A stretch of 64,000 nt of DNA from the NCBI RefSeq assembly GCF_001194135.2, contig NC_068983.1, forward strand, positions 7,612,533 to 7,676,532. The letters run 5' to 3'. The notes beneath the pieces are model-generated. The model saw nothing but the letters and a program-made list of their open reading frames with translations. It ran no database searches and was not told the origin of the DNA. This stretch comes from Octopus bimaculoides. Its lineage: Eukaryota. Position numbers and translations under genes: made by a program. Below, in pieces: positions 63,823 through 64,000 of the stretch. Position 1 is the first letter of the stretch, and the number at the start of each line of letters is the position of its first letter.

Positions 63823-64000
63823 AGTGAGATAATAGTTTCACTTTAATAGTTTCAGTATTAAAGTGAAACTATTAAAGTGAAAATATCTGACATTACAATA
63901 GAGAGATGTTATTGTTTTACTTTTGACGCGTAATACTGGAATATCATCATCATCATCATCATCGTTTAACGTCCGCTTTCCATGCTAGCATGGGTTGGAC

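Overview
AT-rich, repeat-dense eukaryotic genomic DNA from a draft assembly with many N gaps. The SINE and microsatellite complement suggests a coleoid cephalopod, probably Octopus (inference). Two genes converge tail-to-tail. (1) The last coding exon of RFC4 (replication factor C subunit 4) lies on + at 673-771. (2) A leukotriene A4 hydrolase / M1 zinc aminopeptidase gene (LTA4H) lies on -. I resolved 13 LTA4H coding exons between 32264 and the stop at 5542, all with AG/GT boundaries and consistent phases, including GXMEN, HEXXH(18)E and QGRxK. One internal exon (the PYEKG exon) is missing and must lie in or near the N gap at 16168-17060. The first two exons were not found, so they are in a gap or beyond 64000. 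The rest is intron-like: four recurrent SINE-like families, hAT, piggyBac and GG-terminal MITEs with intact TSDs, mariner and pogo relics, an RLE-type LINE 3' end, long palindromes, a local duplication and microsatellites. I found no convincing new multi-gene system. The best leads are a frame-preserving candidate cassette exon in LTA4H, substrate-pocket substitutions, SINEs with interchangeable tails and (TAA)n association, long intronic dsRNA-forming structures, and a 94-bp hyperconserved core in a duplication. All homology calls come from recalled family sequences, not database searches.
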